NCBI GenBank assembly: GCA_029258795.1
Contig: JAPDKB010000008.1
Location: 32,001 to 96,000, forward strand
Reading direction: 5' to 3'
From: an archaeon
Lineage (GTDB): Archaea > EX4484-52 > WAPT01
DNA length: 64,000 nucleotides
Shown: positions 38,158 to 47,438 of the stretch, piece by piece
Layout of the letters: each line of letters opens with the position of its first letter
Position numbering within the stretch: position 1 is the stretch's first letter
Made by a program: the position numbers and the translations under genes
Notes under the pieces: model-generated
Told to the model about the DNA's origin: nothing
What the model saw: the letters and a program-made list of their open reading frames with translations, nothing else
The model's database searches: none

Positions 38158-38396
38158 ACAGGAAAGGACTGGTAGGAAGTCAGATCATGCTCATCATCTA
38201 CATAGTTATTTTTATAATCTGTTTAGCTCTTGCTTACATAATTCTTAATAAAATAGGCGTGCCCATTGTTGATACTTTGAAGAGGCAGTGGGGCTGGGTT
38301 AGCACAGTGGTCAAGACAGTGAGCTTTATTGGAAATGCCATTGATACTGTGATGAACATAGCTGGCAAGATATGGGGTTTTCTCACAGGCGGATAA
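38154..38396 (+). CDS. Small pilin-like protein
   Basis: NRKG|LVGSQ followed by hydrophobic helix. Confidence 0.7.
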   Translation: MNRKGLVGSQIMLIIYIVIFIICLALAYIILNKIGVPIVDTLKRQWGWVSTVVKTVSFIGNAIDTVMNIAGKIWGFLTGG

Positions 38397-38419
38397 GAAA
38401 TTAAAATTTCCAAATTGAG

Positions 38420-38824
38420 GTGGAAAGTATGGATGAGAAAGCGAGGTCGATAGAGGTTTCTGGAAATAGCATAATCATTACTCTATCTCCATCGTTGTAT
38501 TCCAAAAACGCGGTAATGCGGGCCGCTTACAGGATGCTGGGTAATTGCAGCGCCAGGGTGCTGGGAGATGGCATAAATTCATTATCCGTTGAGCTGAGAG
38601 TGCTTGATGATGATGGGAGGGTGGACAAAGAGGATTTGGTTGACGCTTTTTTCGCTGAGCTGCTTCAGGCGGAGATGGAAGAGATTAACATGCGCAAATT
38701 CGGAGATGTGAGGAAAATGCTTCTTGAACTTGCCATAAGAGGGCTTGCAGCAGGAAAAAATGCAAATGTGGGTCAAAATCAGGATAATAAAGGTGAGGTG
38801 AATGAGGAAGAAAGAATTGTTTAG
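38420..38824 (+). CDS. HxsD-like accessory protein of His-Xaa-Ser-type radical SAM systems
   Basis: LYSKNAVMRAAY...F.AELL...VRKMLL pattern; next to paired radical SAM genes. Confidence 0.7.
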   Translation: MESMDEKARSIEVSGNSIIITLSPSLYSKNAVMRAAYRMLGNCSARVLGDGINSLSVELRVLDDDGRVDKEDLVDAFFAELLQAEMEEINMRKFGDVRKMLLELAIRGLAAGKNANVGQNQDNKGEVNEEERIV

Positions 38825-39092
38825 AAAACTCAGATCTCTTGTCAAACCACCTCAACTCAATGATGATGGGGCATTGAATGTGCTCACACTTCTTGCAATT
38901 ATAAGTGCGCTCCCTCTCCTTTCCAAGCTCGCTCACTCAGTTGTAACTCATGAATGCGTCACCAACAAACAGGAATGGAGTGAGGTGGAGGGCGAGTACA
39001 ATACTTGGCTTCATAATGAGTGGAGCAACTGGATAGAGTGGGCTGATTGGAAGGAATGGTGTGAGTGGGGAAAGTGGGGAAACGGTGGTTAG
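38802..39092 (+). CDS. Putative RiPP precursor with (Trp-X-X)7 core
   Basis: SD GAGGTGA; basic N-terminus, hydrophobic segment, then WSN WIE WAD WKE WCE WGK WGN. Confidence 0.85.
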   Translation: MRKKELFRKLRSLVKPPQLNDDGALNVLTLLAIISALPLLSKLAHSVVTHECVTNKQEWSEVEGEYNTWLHNEWSNWIEWADWKEWCEWGKWGNGG

Positions 39093-39096
39093 ACAG

Positions 39097-40008
39097 ATGA
39101 GACTCATGCTCAAGAAGGCTTACTGCGTGTTCGGATATCAGTGCAACAATAACTGCAGGATATGCGCGGTCAGCTCGCAGGAGAGAGCGAGAAAGGAGCG
39201 GATCGGCACGGAAGAGCTCGTAAACTTTCTTATAGGGCTCCCACGCGAAATAAGGATTGTGGAGATTTCTGGAGGGGAGCCAACAATAAGAAGTGATTTT
39301 TTCACCGTTCTTGAAAAGGTAAGCAGTGAAAAACCCCATCTGAAATATCATCTTCTCACAAACGGAAGAATGCTGTCTTCAATCACCTTTGCGGAAAAAC
39401 TTGCAGACCTCCCTGTGGATTTCATAATTACGGCTCTTCACTCCGCCACACCGGAGAGACATGACTGGATGACCAGAGCTGAAGGAAGTTACATGCAGAC
39501 CATACAGGGTGTGAGAAACGCTTTAGATATGGGGTTTCGAGTCTCCCTAAAAACAATTGTGAATAAATCTAACTACAGAGAGCTGGAAAATATAGCAACT
39601 TTTGTCTGCTCTAGGTTTGATGACATCGATTTCTTTTCTTTTCACGCGCTTGACCTGACGGGAAATGCTCTTAAACACGCTTCCGAAGTTGCCGTAAGGA
39701 TGAGTGAAACCATCGATAATCTTCTTAGGGCTGTGACCATCCTTGACTCCTCGGGAATTAGAGTCAGGATATATGGATACCCTTACTGCATGGTGTCCGA
39801 AGACCTCTGGAAATATATTGCACCACAACCAAAACTGATTTACGGATATAAATCTCCATCACTGGAAATTGTAAACCAGAAATTTGATGATAACTACGGT
39901 CTGCTCGATGTTTGCGAGGGCTGCTCGCTCAGATACAAGTGCTCGGGATTGTGGTATACTTATGTCGAGTTTTTCGGCAAAGATGAGATTGTGCCAGTAG
40001 GAGGGTGA
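39097..40008 (+). CDS. Radical SAM enzyme, HxsC-like
   Basis: CNNNCRIC, SGGEPT, LTNGR, PYC, C-terminal CEGC...C. Confidence 0.88.
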   Translation: MRLMLKKAYCVFGYQCNNNCRICAVSSQERARKERIGTEELVNFLIGLPREIRIVEISGGEPTIRSDFFTVLEKVSSEKPHLKYHLLTNGRMLSSITFAEKLADLPVDFIITALHSATPERHDWMTRAEGSYMQTIQGVRNALDMGFRVSLKTIVNKSNYRELENIATFVCSRFDDIDFFSFHALDLTGNALKHASEVAVRMSETIDNLLRAVTILDSSGIRVRIYGYPYCMVSEDLWKYIAPQPKLIYGYKSPSLEIVNQKFDDNYGLLDVCEGCSLRYKCSGLWYTYVEFFGKDEIVPVGG

Positions 40009-41387
40009 AGGACGTGTACCTACTCAACGATGTACTCGAAGATAAATTGGACGGGAACAGAACTCTTCTCACCACGAGGTATGGAAGCTGGGTCATACTT
40101 ACAGAGGATGATGTAAAGGCTCTGAGGTCCGGCAAGGCTGATGAGGAACTTCTTCAGAAGCTGGAAGAGGCGGGGATCATACTCACCGAGAGGAACATCA
40201 GATCAGAACTGGAAAAAATCGTCAGGAGGTTTGGATACCTTTACAATATGCCGTTTCTCAACGTTCAGATCAATCTGACCCTGAGGTGCAATCTTTTATG
40301 CAAGTATTGTCACGCAAACTCTAGTCCAAGCTCAAGGCTGGAGATGGACAGAGATATCCTGCTTGATGTCGTAAGATTCCTTGAGCGCCTGCCGAAAACC
40401 TACATTTCCCTCGAATTTCAGGGTGGAGAACCCTTTCTCAAGTTTGACCTAATGGAGGAGCTCGTCGAGAGGGTGCGGAATGAGGTCAAGGATAAAAAGG
40501 TGGTCGAGACTGTGGTGATTTCCAACGGCACCGTTATCGATAAGGATATAGCAAGGTGGGTTGCTAAAAATAACGTTTCTGTTTCCGTGTCGCTTGACGG
40601 TCCGAAGGAAATGCACGATTCTCAGCGCGTTTATCCAAATGGCAAGGGAACTTACGAAGATGTTTTGCATGCCATCACACTGCTGCGGGATGCCGGGGGT
40701 TTTCCAACTTCCACCGCGACCATCACAAAGAACACCGTTAAGCTCGGAGGTGCGGAAAGGGTGATTGAGGAGTATGTTAAGAGGGGGTTTCCATTCATCT
40801 TTTATAGACCCATCATGGATGCGGGGCGTGGGGAGGATAACGAGGAGCTTGCACTGAGAGCTGAGGAGTTCTTCGAGTTTGTTAAGGGAAGCATTGAGAA
40901 GGTTGTGCAGCTGAAGCGTGAGGGTGTTGTTTTTAGGGATAAGTTTGTCGAAAAATTCCTTCAGAATATTTTTGGAAAGGGTACGCGTTCCTATTCATGT
41001 CTGCGCGATGTGTGTGGGGCAGGAATTACGCAGCTCGTGGTGGCTCCGGATGGTTGGCTGTATCCGTGTGATGTTATGAAGGTCTTGCCGGAATTCCGGG
41101 TCGGAAGGCTCGAGAACCAATACGAGGAAGTTATGATGAATGTGCTCAACAGCATGATGGTTCTGCCGGACATCTCCGCTGAGTGTCCTTCCTGTCCCTA
41201 CATAGCGTTCTGCGGTTTCTGCAAGCGGTGGAACTACGGAATATCCCGCTCACTGCTGCCGTACCACTTCCTGAGCGAGGACTGCAAATTCAAAAAAATG
41301 TTTTTCAAGTACATATTTCAGAATCTGAAATTCTTCCGTAAAAATGTGGACTGCTTTGTGGTTGAGGAGGGAGTGAGGTATGACTAG
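40005..41387 (+). CDS. Radical SAM/SPASM peptide maturase, HxsB-like
   Basis: N-terminal extension (LLTTRYGSW), CNLLCKYCH, EFQGGEP, SLDGP..MHD, CGAG...YPCD, CPSC...CGFC. Confidence 0.9.
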   Translation: MKDVYLLNDVLEDKLDGNRTLLTTRYGSWVILTEDDVKALRSGKADEELLQKLEEAGIILTERNIRSELEKIVRRFGYLYNMPFLNVQINLTLRCNLLCKYCHANSSPSSRLEMDRDILLDVVRFLERLPKTYISLEFQGGEPFLKFDLMEELVERVRNEVKDKKVVETVVISNGTVIDKDIARWVAKNNVSVSVSLDGPKEMHDSQRVYPNGKGTYEDVLHAITLLRDAGGFPTSTATITKNTVKLGGAERVIEEYVKRGFPFIFYRPIMDAGRGEDNEELALRAEEFFEFVKGSIEKVVQLKREGVVFRDKFVEKFLQNIFGKGTRSYSCLRDVCGAGITQLVVAPDGWLYPCDVMKVLPEFRVGRLENQYEEVMMNVLNSMMVLPDISAECPSCPYIAFCGFCKRWNYGISRSLLPYHFLSEDCKFKKMFFKYIFQNLKFFRKNVDCFVVEEGVRYD

Positions 41388-42174
41388 CTGCTTTCGCTAT
41401 TTTTATCTGGTTTCCGCCCTCATCATGATTATCCTTGCGTTTCACATAACCAAAAGTTTTGTTCTCACATCCGCTCTTGTGTTCGCTTCCTTTTTTGGAG
41501 CAACCCTTCTTGCCATCGGGAAGGAATATGGATGGAGTGTTGTCTTTTCTGCATTTCACACAGCTATGAAAACACTCTCTCTTCTTATGCTTTCATTCAG
41601 TTTGCTGTTTTCCCTCTGCAAACAGGCGGTGGATATTAATTCCTTTTTATTGTTCATCCTGCTACTTTTCTCTTCGGTGAGTGCAGGAGCGATTGTGAAG
41701 CGTGCAGAAAATGTGTTGAGGTTCTGGCATGCGCTGCTACTTCTTGGATTTGCGCTTTCCGTTTACTTCCACTTTTACTTCATTTTTCTCAAAATTTCGG
41801 CCTTGCTCTTCATGATTTACGCAACCCCTTCCCTTACAACCCTACAGGTTGAGGTCTCTGAAAAGATTGTGGGAGAGTTCCCCGCAGAGATTGTGAAGGT
41901 CAGCAAGAAAGGTGTGAAAAAGGAAAGAATTTCTGTTTCTAAGATCAGGCTGGCACGCGCGGCCTTTTGCATCAGTAAGGGAGAGGTTATTGCCCAGCCC
42001 TTCAGAAGGCTGGATGATGCAGCGGTGAAGCTGTTGAAGAAAGCAGGGGTTAAGGAAATAAGGATTCAGAGGAAGGTGCTCCCGCAAAATATCTTTTTTC
42101 TTTCGATTCTCCTGTTCTTCCTTCTTATCCTTCTGGTAGCTCTACTGAATACGTTCCGAATGACTGTGGTGTGA
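41380..42174 (+). CDS. Multi-pass membrane protein; C-terminus resembles archaeal prepilin peptidase C-terminal domain
   Basis: About five TM segments, soluble loop GEFPAE...LLKKAGVKEIRI, final TM; no clear GxGD. Confidence 0.6.
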   Translation: MTSCFRYFYLVSALIMIILAFHITKSFVLTSALVFASFFGATLLAIGKEYGWSVVFSAFHTAMKTLSLLMLSFSLLFSLCKQAVDINSFLLFILLLFSSVSAGAIVKRAENVLRFWHALLLLGFALSVYFHFYFIFLKISALLFMIYATPSLTTLQVEVSEKIVGEFPAEIVKVSKKGVKKERISVSKIRLARAAFCISKGEVIAQPFRRLDDAAVKLLKKAGVKEIRIQRKVLPQNIFFLSILLFFLLILLVALLNTFRMTVV

Positions 42175-44353
42175 TGGCTGTATTGGAAATTATATCGTCA
42201 GGCACACACGTCTCTGTTCCTCCGTTGCATTTGTTGTCATCAACATTCACGTTCACGATGAATCGCAGAACTACTGGAGTCCACTTATTCTGCGAGACAT
42301 CGAAGAGCTTGTATTTGGAATCGATAATTTCAACCAGTATTTTCAGATCCTTGAAGATGTAACGGTGGTAGTATTTCATAGTGCATTTGTGCCAATAATT
42401 CCATGCGATTTTGCACTTCCACTTTGGACAGCAATATTTATAACAATCCACATGAGGGGGTGGTTTCTGGATTAGCACCTGCCTTTCCACATGAATCAGG
42501 TTCTTATCTGTCCCTTCAATCTCCAGACCGCATCCAGAAGTGATGGTTTCGGTTACGGTTTTTTTTGCAAGCGTGTCTTTGTTTTCCACGAGTTCATTGA
42601 TTAACTCGTCTATTCGTGAAATGTAAGAATTATAGCTGCTATTTACGGTTAAGCAGAAGTCATCTATACTAGTTGTGTGTATACTTGAACATGCTGATTG
42701 AATGGAGTTGCACAAATCGTAAATATAGGGGGAATTGCAATATTCTTCAAGTTTTGGTGTGGTATCGTGAAACACAGAGCTAGGCAAATGGCCTGAACAA
42801 ATTACATTTACTCCCTCTTTTAGCGAATTACACCTAGAAATAAGATCTGAGCAATCTTCGTCCGTGACTGTTCCGGCTGCGCATATCGTGTCTATTTCTC
42901 TTCCCAGATCTTCCCTATCCGGGTTATAACCCATGAAATCGTTTATTGCGTTAAGTGTGTCATCATCCGTTCTATCAAGGGTGATGCTTCCCGCTTTACT
43001 CGGTGTTGCACTGTCACAGCACGGCTTCTTGTTGTCGTTCACACTCTCCCAAACATGCTTATCATCAAGATAGATGAGCTTCCATCCTATTCCTTCTGCA
43101 GAGCTCGCATTGAGATCGGCTTCAAGCTCGCTGAGAGCGCTTGTTATGACATTTTCAAAATCTGCTTCACCATATGTTGGTGTCTTATCCTCAGGACAAT
43201 CGTTACAAGTTAAAGGTCTGCAAACTTCCTCGCTTTCCTCTGTATAGTAATCCTGTAGCTTTTCATTGGACTTTTCAAATATCTTCCTTATCAACCATTC
43301 CTCAATGTTATCCACAAAGGTGTTGCCATAGTTCACCATCAATCCAAGCCTGGTGGAAACGTTCGTTTCGGTAAACATGTTGGAATGCAGCATGACCGTG
43401 ACCTTACCCTCTCTAGAAACTCTCGTTACGTTCATCCCTTCACTCATCCACACACTTCCGTGGATAGTATTTGTTGATGGGTCAAAAGTCACGTTGGGTT
43501 TTGATCCTTTGAAAGTCATACCATACATGTTGGTGGGTGTCCCTCTATAGTACTGTTCAAGATACCTTTCCATTATTTCCTGAATCATATCTCTACCACA
43601 ACCTACAGCGGAAAACTTGTTGGAGTCCTTATGCTTGTATATGGTCGCCACGATTCCGCGAAGCTTAACAGTATTGTTTCTGGATGCTTTGATTTCTATT
43701 CGATTTCCTTCTATAGAATCCCCTTTCAGGAAGTAAACACCCGTGTGATTTGCATTCATTAGTATTGTGCCTCCTGATTTTATAGTCACTGTCGCGTTTT
43801 TGAGGAAGTAGAGAGTTAGCATAACCTCTCCGACTCTGAACCCGGGATCCACGCTGAACTCTATAGTGGTGGGCACTCTTCCAATCCACCCATTGAAATC
43901 CTTGAAATATGAGATGGGTTTGTAAACCTGCATCCCTGTTCCCTCCGCTTGAACCCAGTAGAGCACATACTCTCCATCAACATCTTCTATCCTCATACAA
44001 CCCCTATCCACACCCTCAAAATTCACTCTCATGTTCAGAACGTACTTTCGATTGCCGCTTTCATAAGTTATACCGTTTTCAGCTATGAGCTTGGACGTTA
44101 TCATTCCATGCGATGCGTAGTCAAGAACTGTTTTCATCATCGCAAATATTAGCGCTGGCTGTTCCTGACTTTCCTTTATCATCGATATCTCGAATTTCCC
44201 TTTCTCTATGAAATTTCTCAGCACTTCACCCTCTATTATTTGCATCGCCTCAAAAGTTCTGGTTAGCATAACCCAAGAGGCAAAAGCTACCCACACCATC
44301 AGGAGTAACGCTACTGCCAAAACCGATGCAAATCCCTTATCCCTATCTTTCAT
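42125..44353 (-). CDS. Large Cys-rich extracellular protein with class III-like signal peptide (minor pilin/adhesin)
   Basis: DKG|FASVL followed by hydrophobic helix; many Cys. Confidence 0.75.
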   Translation of the reverse strand: MKDRDKGFASVLAVALLLMVWVAFASWVMLTRTFEAMQIIEGEVLRNFIEKGKFEISMIKESQEQPALIFAMMKTVLDYASHGMITSKLIAENGITYESGNRKYVLNMRVNFEGVDRGCMRIEDVDGEYVLYWVQAEGTGMQVYKPISYFKDFNGWIGRVPTTIEFSVDPGFRVGEVMLTLYFLKNATVTIKSGGTILMNANHTGVYFLKGDSIEGNRIEIKASRNNTVKLRGIVATIYKHKDSNKFSAVGCGRDMIQEIMERYLEQYYRGTPTNMYGMTFKGSKPNVTFDPSTNTIHGSVWMSEGMNVTRVSREGKVTVMLHSNMFTETNVSTRLGLMVNYGNTFVDNIEEWLIRKIFEKSNEKLQDYYTEESEEVCRPLTCNDCPEDKTPTYGEADFENVITSALSELEADLNASSAEGIGWKLIYLDDKHVWESVNDNKKPCCDSATPSKAGSITLDRTDDDTLNAINDFMGYNPDREDLGREIDTICAAGTVTDEDCSDLISRCNSLKEGVNVICSGHLPSSVFHDTTPKLEEYCNSPYIYDLCNSIQSACSSIHTTSIDDFCLTVNSSYNSYISRIDELINELVENKDTLAKKTVTETITSGCGLEIEGTDKNLIHVERQVLIQKPPPHVDCYKYCCPKWKCKIAWNYWHKCTMKYYHRYIFKDLKILVEIIDSKYKLFDVSQNKWTPVVLRFIVNVNVDDNKCNGGTETCVPDDIISNTAITPQSFGTYSVELPEG

Positions 44354-45042
44354 TTGAACACCTCTGCTGTTGCAATCCCTTCAGGTAACTCTTTGTTATT
44401 GGCATTAACAAATAAGAGTGTGTAATTTACTGCGGGATAATATTCTTCAGATGGTGTAGGGATAAACACTTCCTCCTTGAAAAGATACTTACCCCCAACA
44501 CACTTACCAACATCGTAAGGGTAACGGAGATGGTGCTGCCATGTAGGTGTATTCACAAACTTGTTATAAAAAACTCTCTGGGGAAAGTGTCTCTCCCCAC
44601 TGCCAACTATAGAGGGTAGAGAGGGTGGGGGTGTGCATTCATCCGGCCCTTGCGGAGATGGGAGCATTAGCTTTACTGTGTTGTTCAGATTGACTTTACC
44701 CTTAACACCACCATAATCAATATACACTTCACTCCATCCAGGAATGAAATGATTAACTTGAGATAAATCGTGCTGCGCTCCGTAAGTGTAAATGCCCAGC
44801 AGTTCATCAATCTGGAGTGTGCTGCGCTCACCCGAGTCAAGTGTTGGTTTTACATTGAAGTATGTTAAATAGGTGGATGCGTTTCTCTCCGTAGCGTAAT
44901 ACTGAATTACAGCCCCGATTGACTTGAAATTCTTCAGCCACGGCATGAAAATGGAGATGACTAGTGTTAATGTTATCAGGAGCACGAATACAGGTAGCTC
45001 CAATCCAAGCGCCTTATTTCTGTATTTTTTAAACATCGTCAC
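44350..45042 (-). CDS. Pilin-like protein
   Basis: NKA|LGLEL followed by hydrophobic helix; overlaps neighbours. Confidence 0.7.
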   Translation of the reverse strand: MTMFKKYRNKALGLELPVFVLLITLTLVISIFMPWLKNFKSIGAVIQYYATERNASTYLTYFNVKPTLDSGERSTLQIDELLGIYTYGAQHDLSQVNHFIPGWSEVYIDYGGVKGKVNLNNTVKLMLPSPQGPDECTPPPSLPSIVGSGERHFPQRVFYNKFVNTPTWQHHLRYPYDVGKCVGGKYLFKEEVFIPTPSEEYYPAVNYTLLFVNANNKELPEGIATAEVFK

Positions 45043-45518
45043 CGCCCTTCAAGAGTTACGTTCAGGTATGTGAATTCCACGATTACTGGATATCCGTCAT
45101 CTGTGGATAGATGATACTTCATGGTAGCGTTTAGTTTTTTCCCTGCCACGTTTTTGAAGGTTTTTCTGGAAAGTACATTATTAAAGTCTGGAGTGTAGAT
45201 TGTTATGTTGAGAATGTATTCAATATCATCTCCAAGACAGGGTAGTGGTGCGCCATCGGGTGTGCTTTCTATAAACGTTCGGTTTAAAATGAACCACCTT
45301 CTATTGTTTAGAGAGTCGTTCGCAAGCAGGCAGCTATCGGTGATTATCTTGTTGGCGTAAGCTTCCATTAATCTGGCTCTGGCTAGCTCATCTATCGTTT
45401 TTGCGTTCATACCGGATTCAGCTTTATATACTAAGAGAGCTGCTGATGCGATTATGATGAGCACCATGGCACTAAATACCTGGGTGTATGGGAGCCCTCC
45501 TTTCATTGCTTTCAACAT
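45039..45518 (-). CDS. Pilin-like protein
   Basis: MKG|GLPYTQ followed by hydrophobic helix. Confidence 0.7.
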   Translation of the reverse strand: MLKAMKGGLPYTQVFSAMVLIIIASAALLVYKAESGMNAKTIDELARARLMEAYANKIITDSCLLANDSLNNRRWFILNRTFIESTPDGAPLPCLGDDIEYILNITIYTPDFNNVLSRKTFKNVAGKKLNATMKYHLSTDDGYPVIVEFTYLNVTLEGR

Positions 45519-45997
45519 ATATTCTCACCTATATTACAGCAGGATTTATTCGATGCATCGCAGATCATTATATATGGAGTGCAGTTCAAAATCTTCTTGA
45601 CCACGCACAACTCTTCAGCATTGGTTACTGCGGAGCTAACCACATTGGATATGTTGTGACGAATATGATAGGTTATGTTCCTTGAAGGGGTGTGAAGCAC
45701 AACCACCAACTTGGAATCTGTCAAATTGACTGTAAATTTTGGGGTTATTGATGTGTATATACTGTATCCTTGTTCCGAAGAGGAAATTTCCAAGAGGAGT
45801 GCGTAGATGGTGGAAGCTGTGTTTTTGGCTATGATTCTCGAATCCATAAGTATTTCTCTGTAAGAATTCAAGTAATATGATGCGACCAAGAACGCAATAA
45901 TTACCATTATGCCCGTAACTACTAACATGGTCTGCGTCTCGTCCTCCATTGATAGAAATTTGTGTTTCAACCCATATAAAGCTTGAGAAGTAGGCAT
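45512..45997 (-). CDS. Membrane-anchored pilin-like protein
   Basis: N-terminal TM, C-terminal Cys cluster; start uncertain. Confidence 0.6.
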   Translation of the reverse strand: MPTSQALYGLKHKFLSMEDETQTMLVVTGIMVIIAFLVASYYLNSYREILMDSRIIAKNTASTIYALLLEISSSEQGYSIYTSITPKFTVNLTDSKLVVVLHTPSRNITYHIRHNISNVVSSAVTNAEELCVVKKILNCTPYIMICDASNKSCCNIGENIC

Positions 45998-46042
45998 AGG
46001 GTAGGAAACGGTTACTGGTGCTTCTGGATTGAAAAATTCGAA

Positions 46043-46168
46043 TGGTGCCCCCGCCGGGATTTTCAGCTGCGGGACAGCCCTAAGGTTTCAAGCTTTGCTT
46101 CCGCAGCATTTGAACCCGGGTCATCGGCTCGAAAGGCCGATATCCTTGCCTGGCTAGACTACGGGGGC
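46043..46168 (-). tRNA. tRNA-Glu(UUC) with 49-nt intron at 59/60 (46060-46108)
   Basis: Cloverleaf on minus strand, loop CTTTCGA, strict BHB, CCA. Confidence 0.93.
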
Positions 46169-46273
46169 AACGAAAGATACATTTCTCGTGAGATTTATTA
46201 ATTTTTTCCTACTGCCAGTTCGGGCTTGTAAAATAATAAAAATAAAAAGGAGGCAGCAGTGCATGCCCATTTT

Positions 46274-46561
46274 TCACTCCTTCGCCAGAACTATGGTAAT
46301 GGAAGAGACATTCACTTCCTGTCCGTTCTCTGATTTCAATGTGTCGGTTGCGATGCTGATGTCCTTCACTTTGACATCGGGGATGAACCTGTTCCTCACT
46401 ATCTCCGCTACATCCACTGCCCTGCTTATCGCTTTACCTCTCGCCTTTATCACCACTTCCTTGTTTCCTTTCTCGTTGAACTGAGTTACCACAGCTAGCA
46501 CATAGCTCATGGCTGGCTTGTTACCCACAAGCACTGCATTGTCTTCCTGCGCCATCTTCAT
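46274..46561 (-). CDS. albA: DNA/RNA-binding protein Alba
   Basis: [28 protein letters not shown]. Confidence 0.97.
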   Translation of the reverse strand: MKMAQEDNAVLVGNKPAMSYVLAVVTQFNEKGNKEVVIKARGKAISRAVDVAEIVRNRFIPDVKVKDISIATDTLKSENGQEVNVSSITIVLAKE

Positions 46562-46634
46562 GCACCTCCTTCAAGCTGTTGTTACTTAACTACCTCAACA
46601 TTTGCGCGAGAAAATATTTAAAAATAAGTCAAAA

Positions 46635-47228
46635 TCACAGCATGTCCTTAAGCTCGCTCCATTCAAGCTTTTCTTCCAGCCTTTTTCCATTTGTGTTGAT
46701 GATGTACAGCTCCGGCTTCCTGCTGCTGAAATCATAATACAACCCTATAAGCTTTTTGAGCATACCTCTGTCCATCGTGTTCTTCACAACCTCATCCTTC
46801 ATCATCAGTTTTATCTGTCTGTGAACGTTCTCCTTTGCGAGCTCATCAACATCATTTGTGGGTAGCGTGCCTCCAAAAACCTCGTTCTTTATTGTGTTTA
46901 TCGCATCCTGTATGTAAGGATTCTCATCCCCTCCCTTAATCACGGCTTTCATCATCCCGCAGTTGTTGTGTCCGCAAACCAGTACAACCTCAATCCTCAG
47001 ATGCTCCACACCATAATAAAAGGTTTCTTTGTTGAAAAAGTAACAATTTCCCGCGTTGCTGATTGTAAATACCTCTCCCGGCTGAAACGTGAAGCCAGTT
47101 AACATCTCGCCTTTTGGCACGCGGGAATCTGCACAGCATATCACCATGTACTTTGGTTTCTGTCCTTTTAACAGGTCCTCACCGTAAGATGGTATATTAC
47201 TTTCTTCCATCAGAATCACCTCCACCAT
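46635..47228 (-). CDS. Beta-class carbonic anhydrase
   Basis: GQKPK, CADSR, NAGN, GHNNCG. Confidence 0.92.
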   Translation of the reverse strand: MVEVILMEESNIPSYGEDLLKGQKPKYMVICCADSRVPKGEMLTGFTFQPGEVFTISNAGNCYFFNKETFYYGVEHLRIEVVLVCGHNNCGMMKAVIKGGDENPYIQDAINTIKNEVFGGTLPTNDVDELAKENVHRQIKLMMKDEVVKNTMDRGMLKKLIGLYYDFSSRKPELYIINTNGKRLEEKLEWSELKDML

Positions 47229-47311
47229 TATTAACAGGAAGTAGATAACTTCAGAAACACATAAAAATATTTTGAAAGAGCAGAATGTATATCACATTGT
47301 TTTTGTCATGT

Positions 47312-47436
47312 GGGCCCGTAGCTCAGCCTGGACATTTTGGAAAGCTGGGCTTCATGTGTTTCCGGCTTTCCAATCCAGAAAGAGCGGCAGCCTCCTAAGC
47401 TGTAGGTCGCGGGTTCAAATCCCGCCGGGCCCGCCA
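47312..47436 (+). tRNA. tRNA-Arg(CCU) with about 47-nt D-loop intron (about 47334-47380)
   Basis: Anticodon loop CTCCTAA; intron hairpin TTGGAAAGC/GCTTTCCAA with relaxed BHB; CCA. Confidence 0.88.
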
Positions 47437-47438
47437 CT

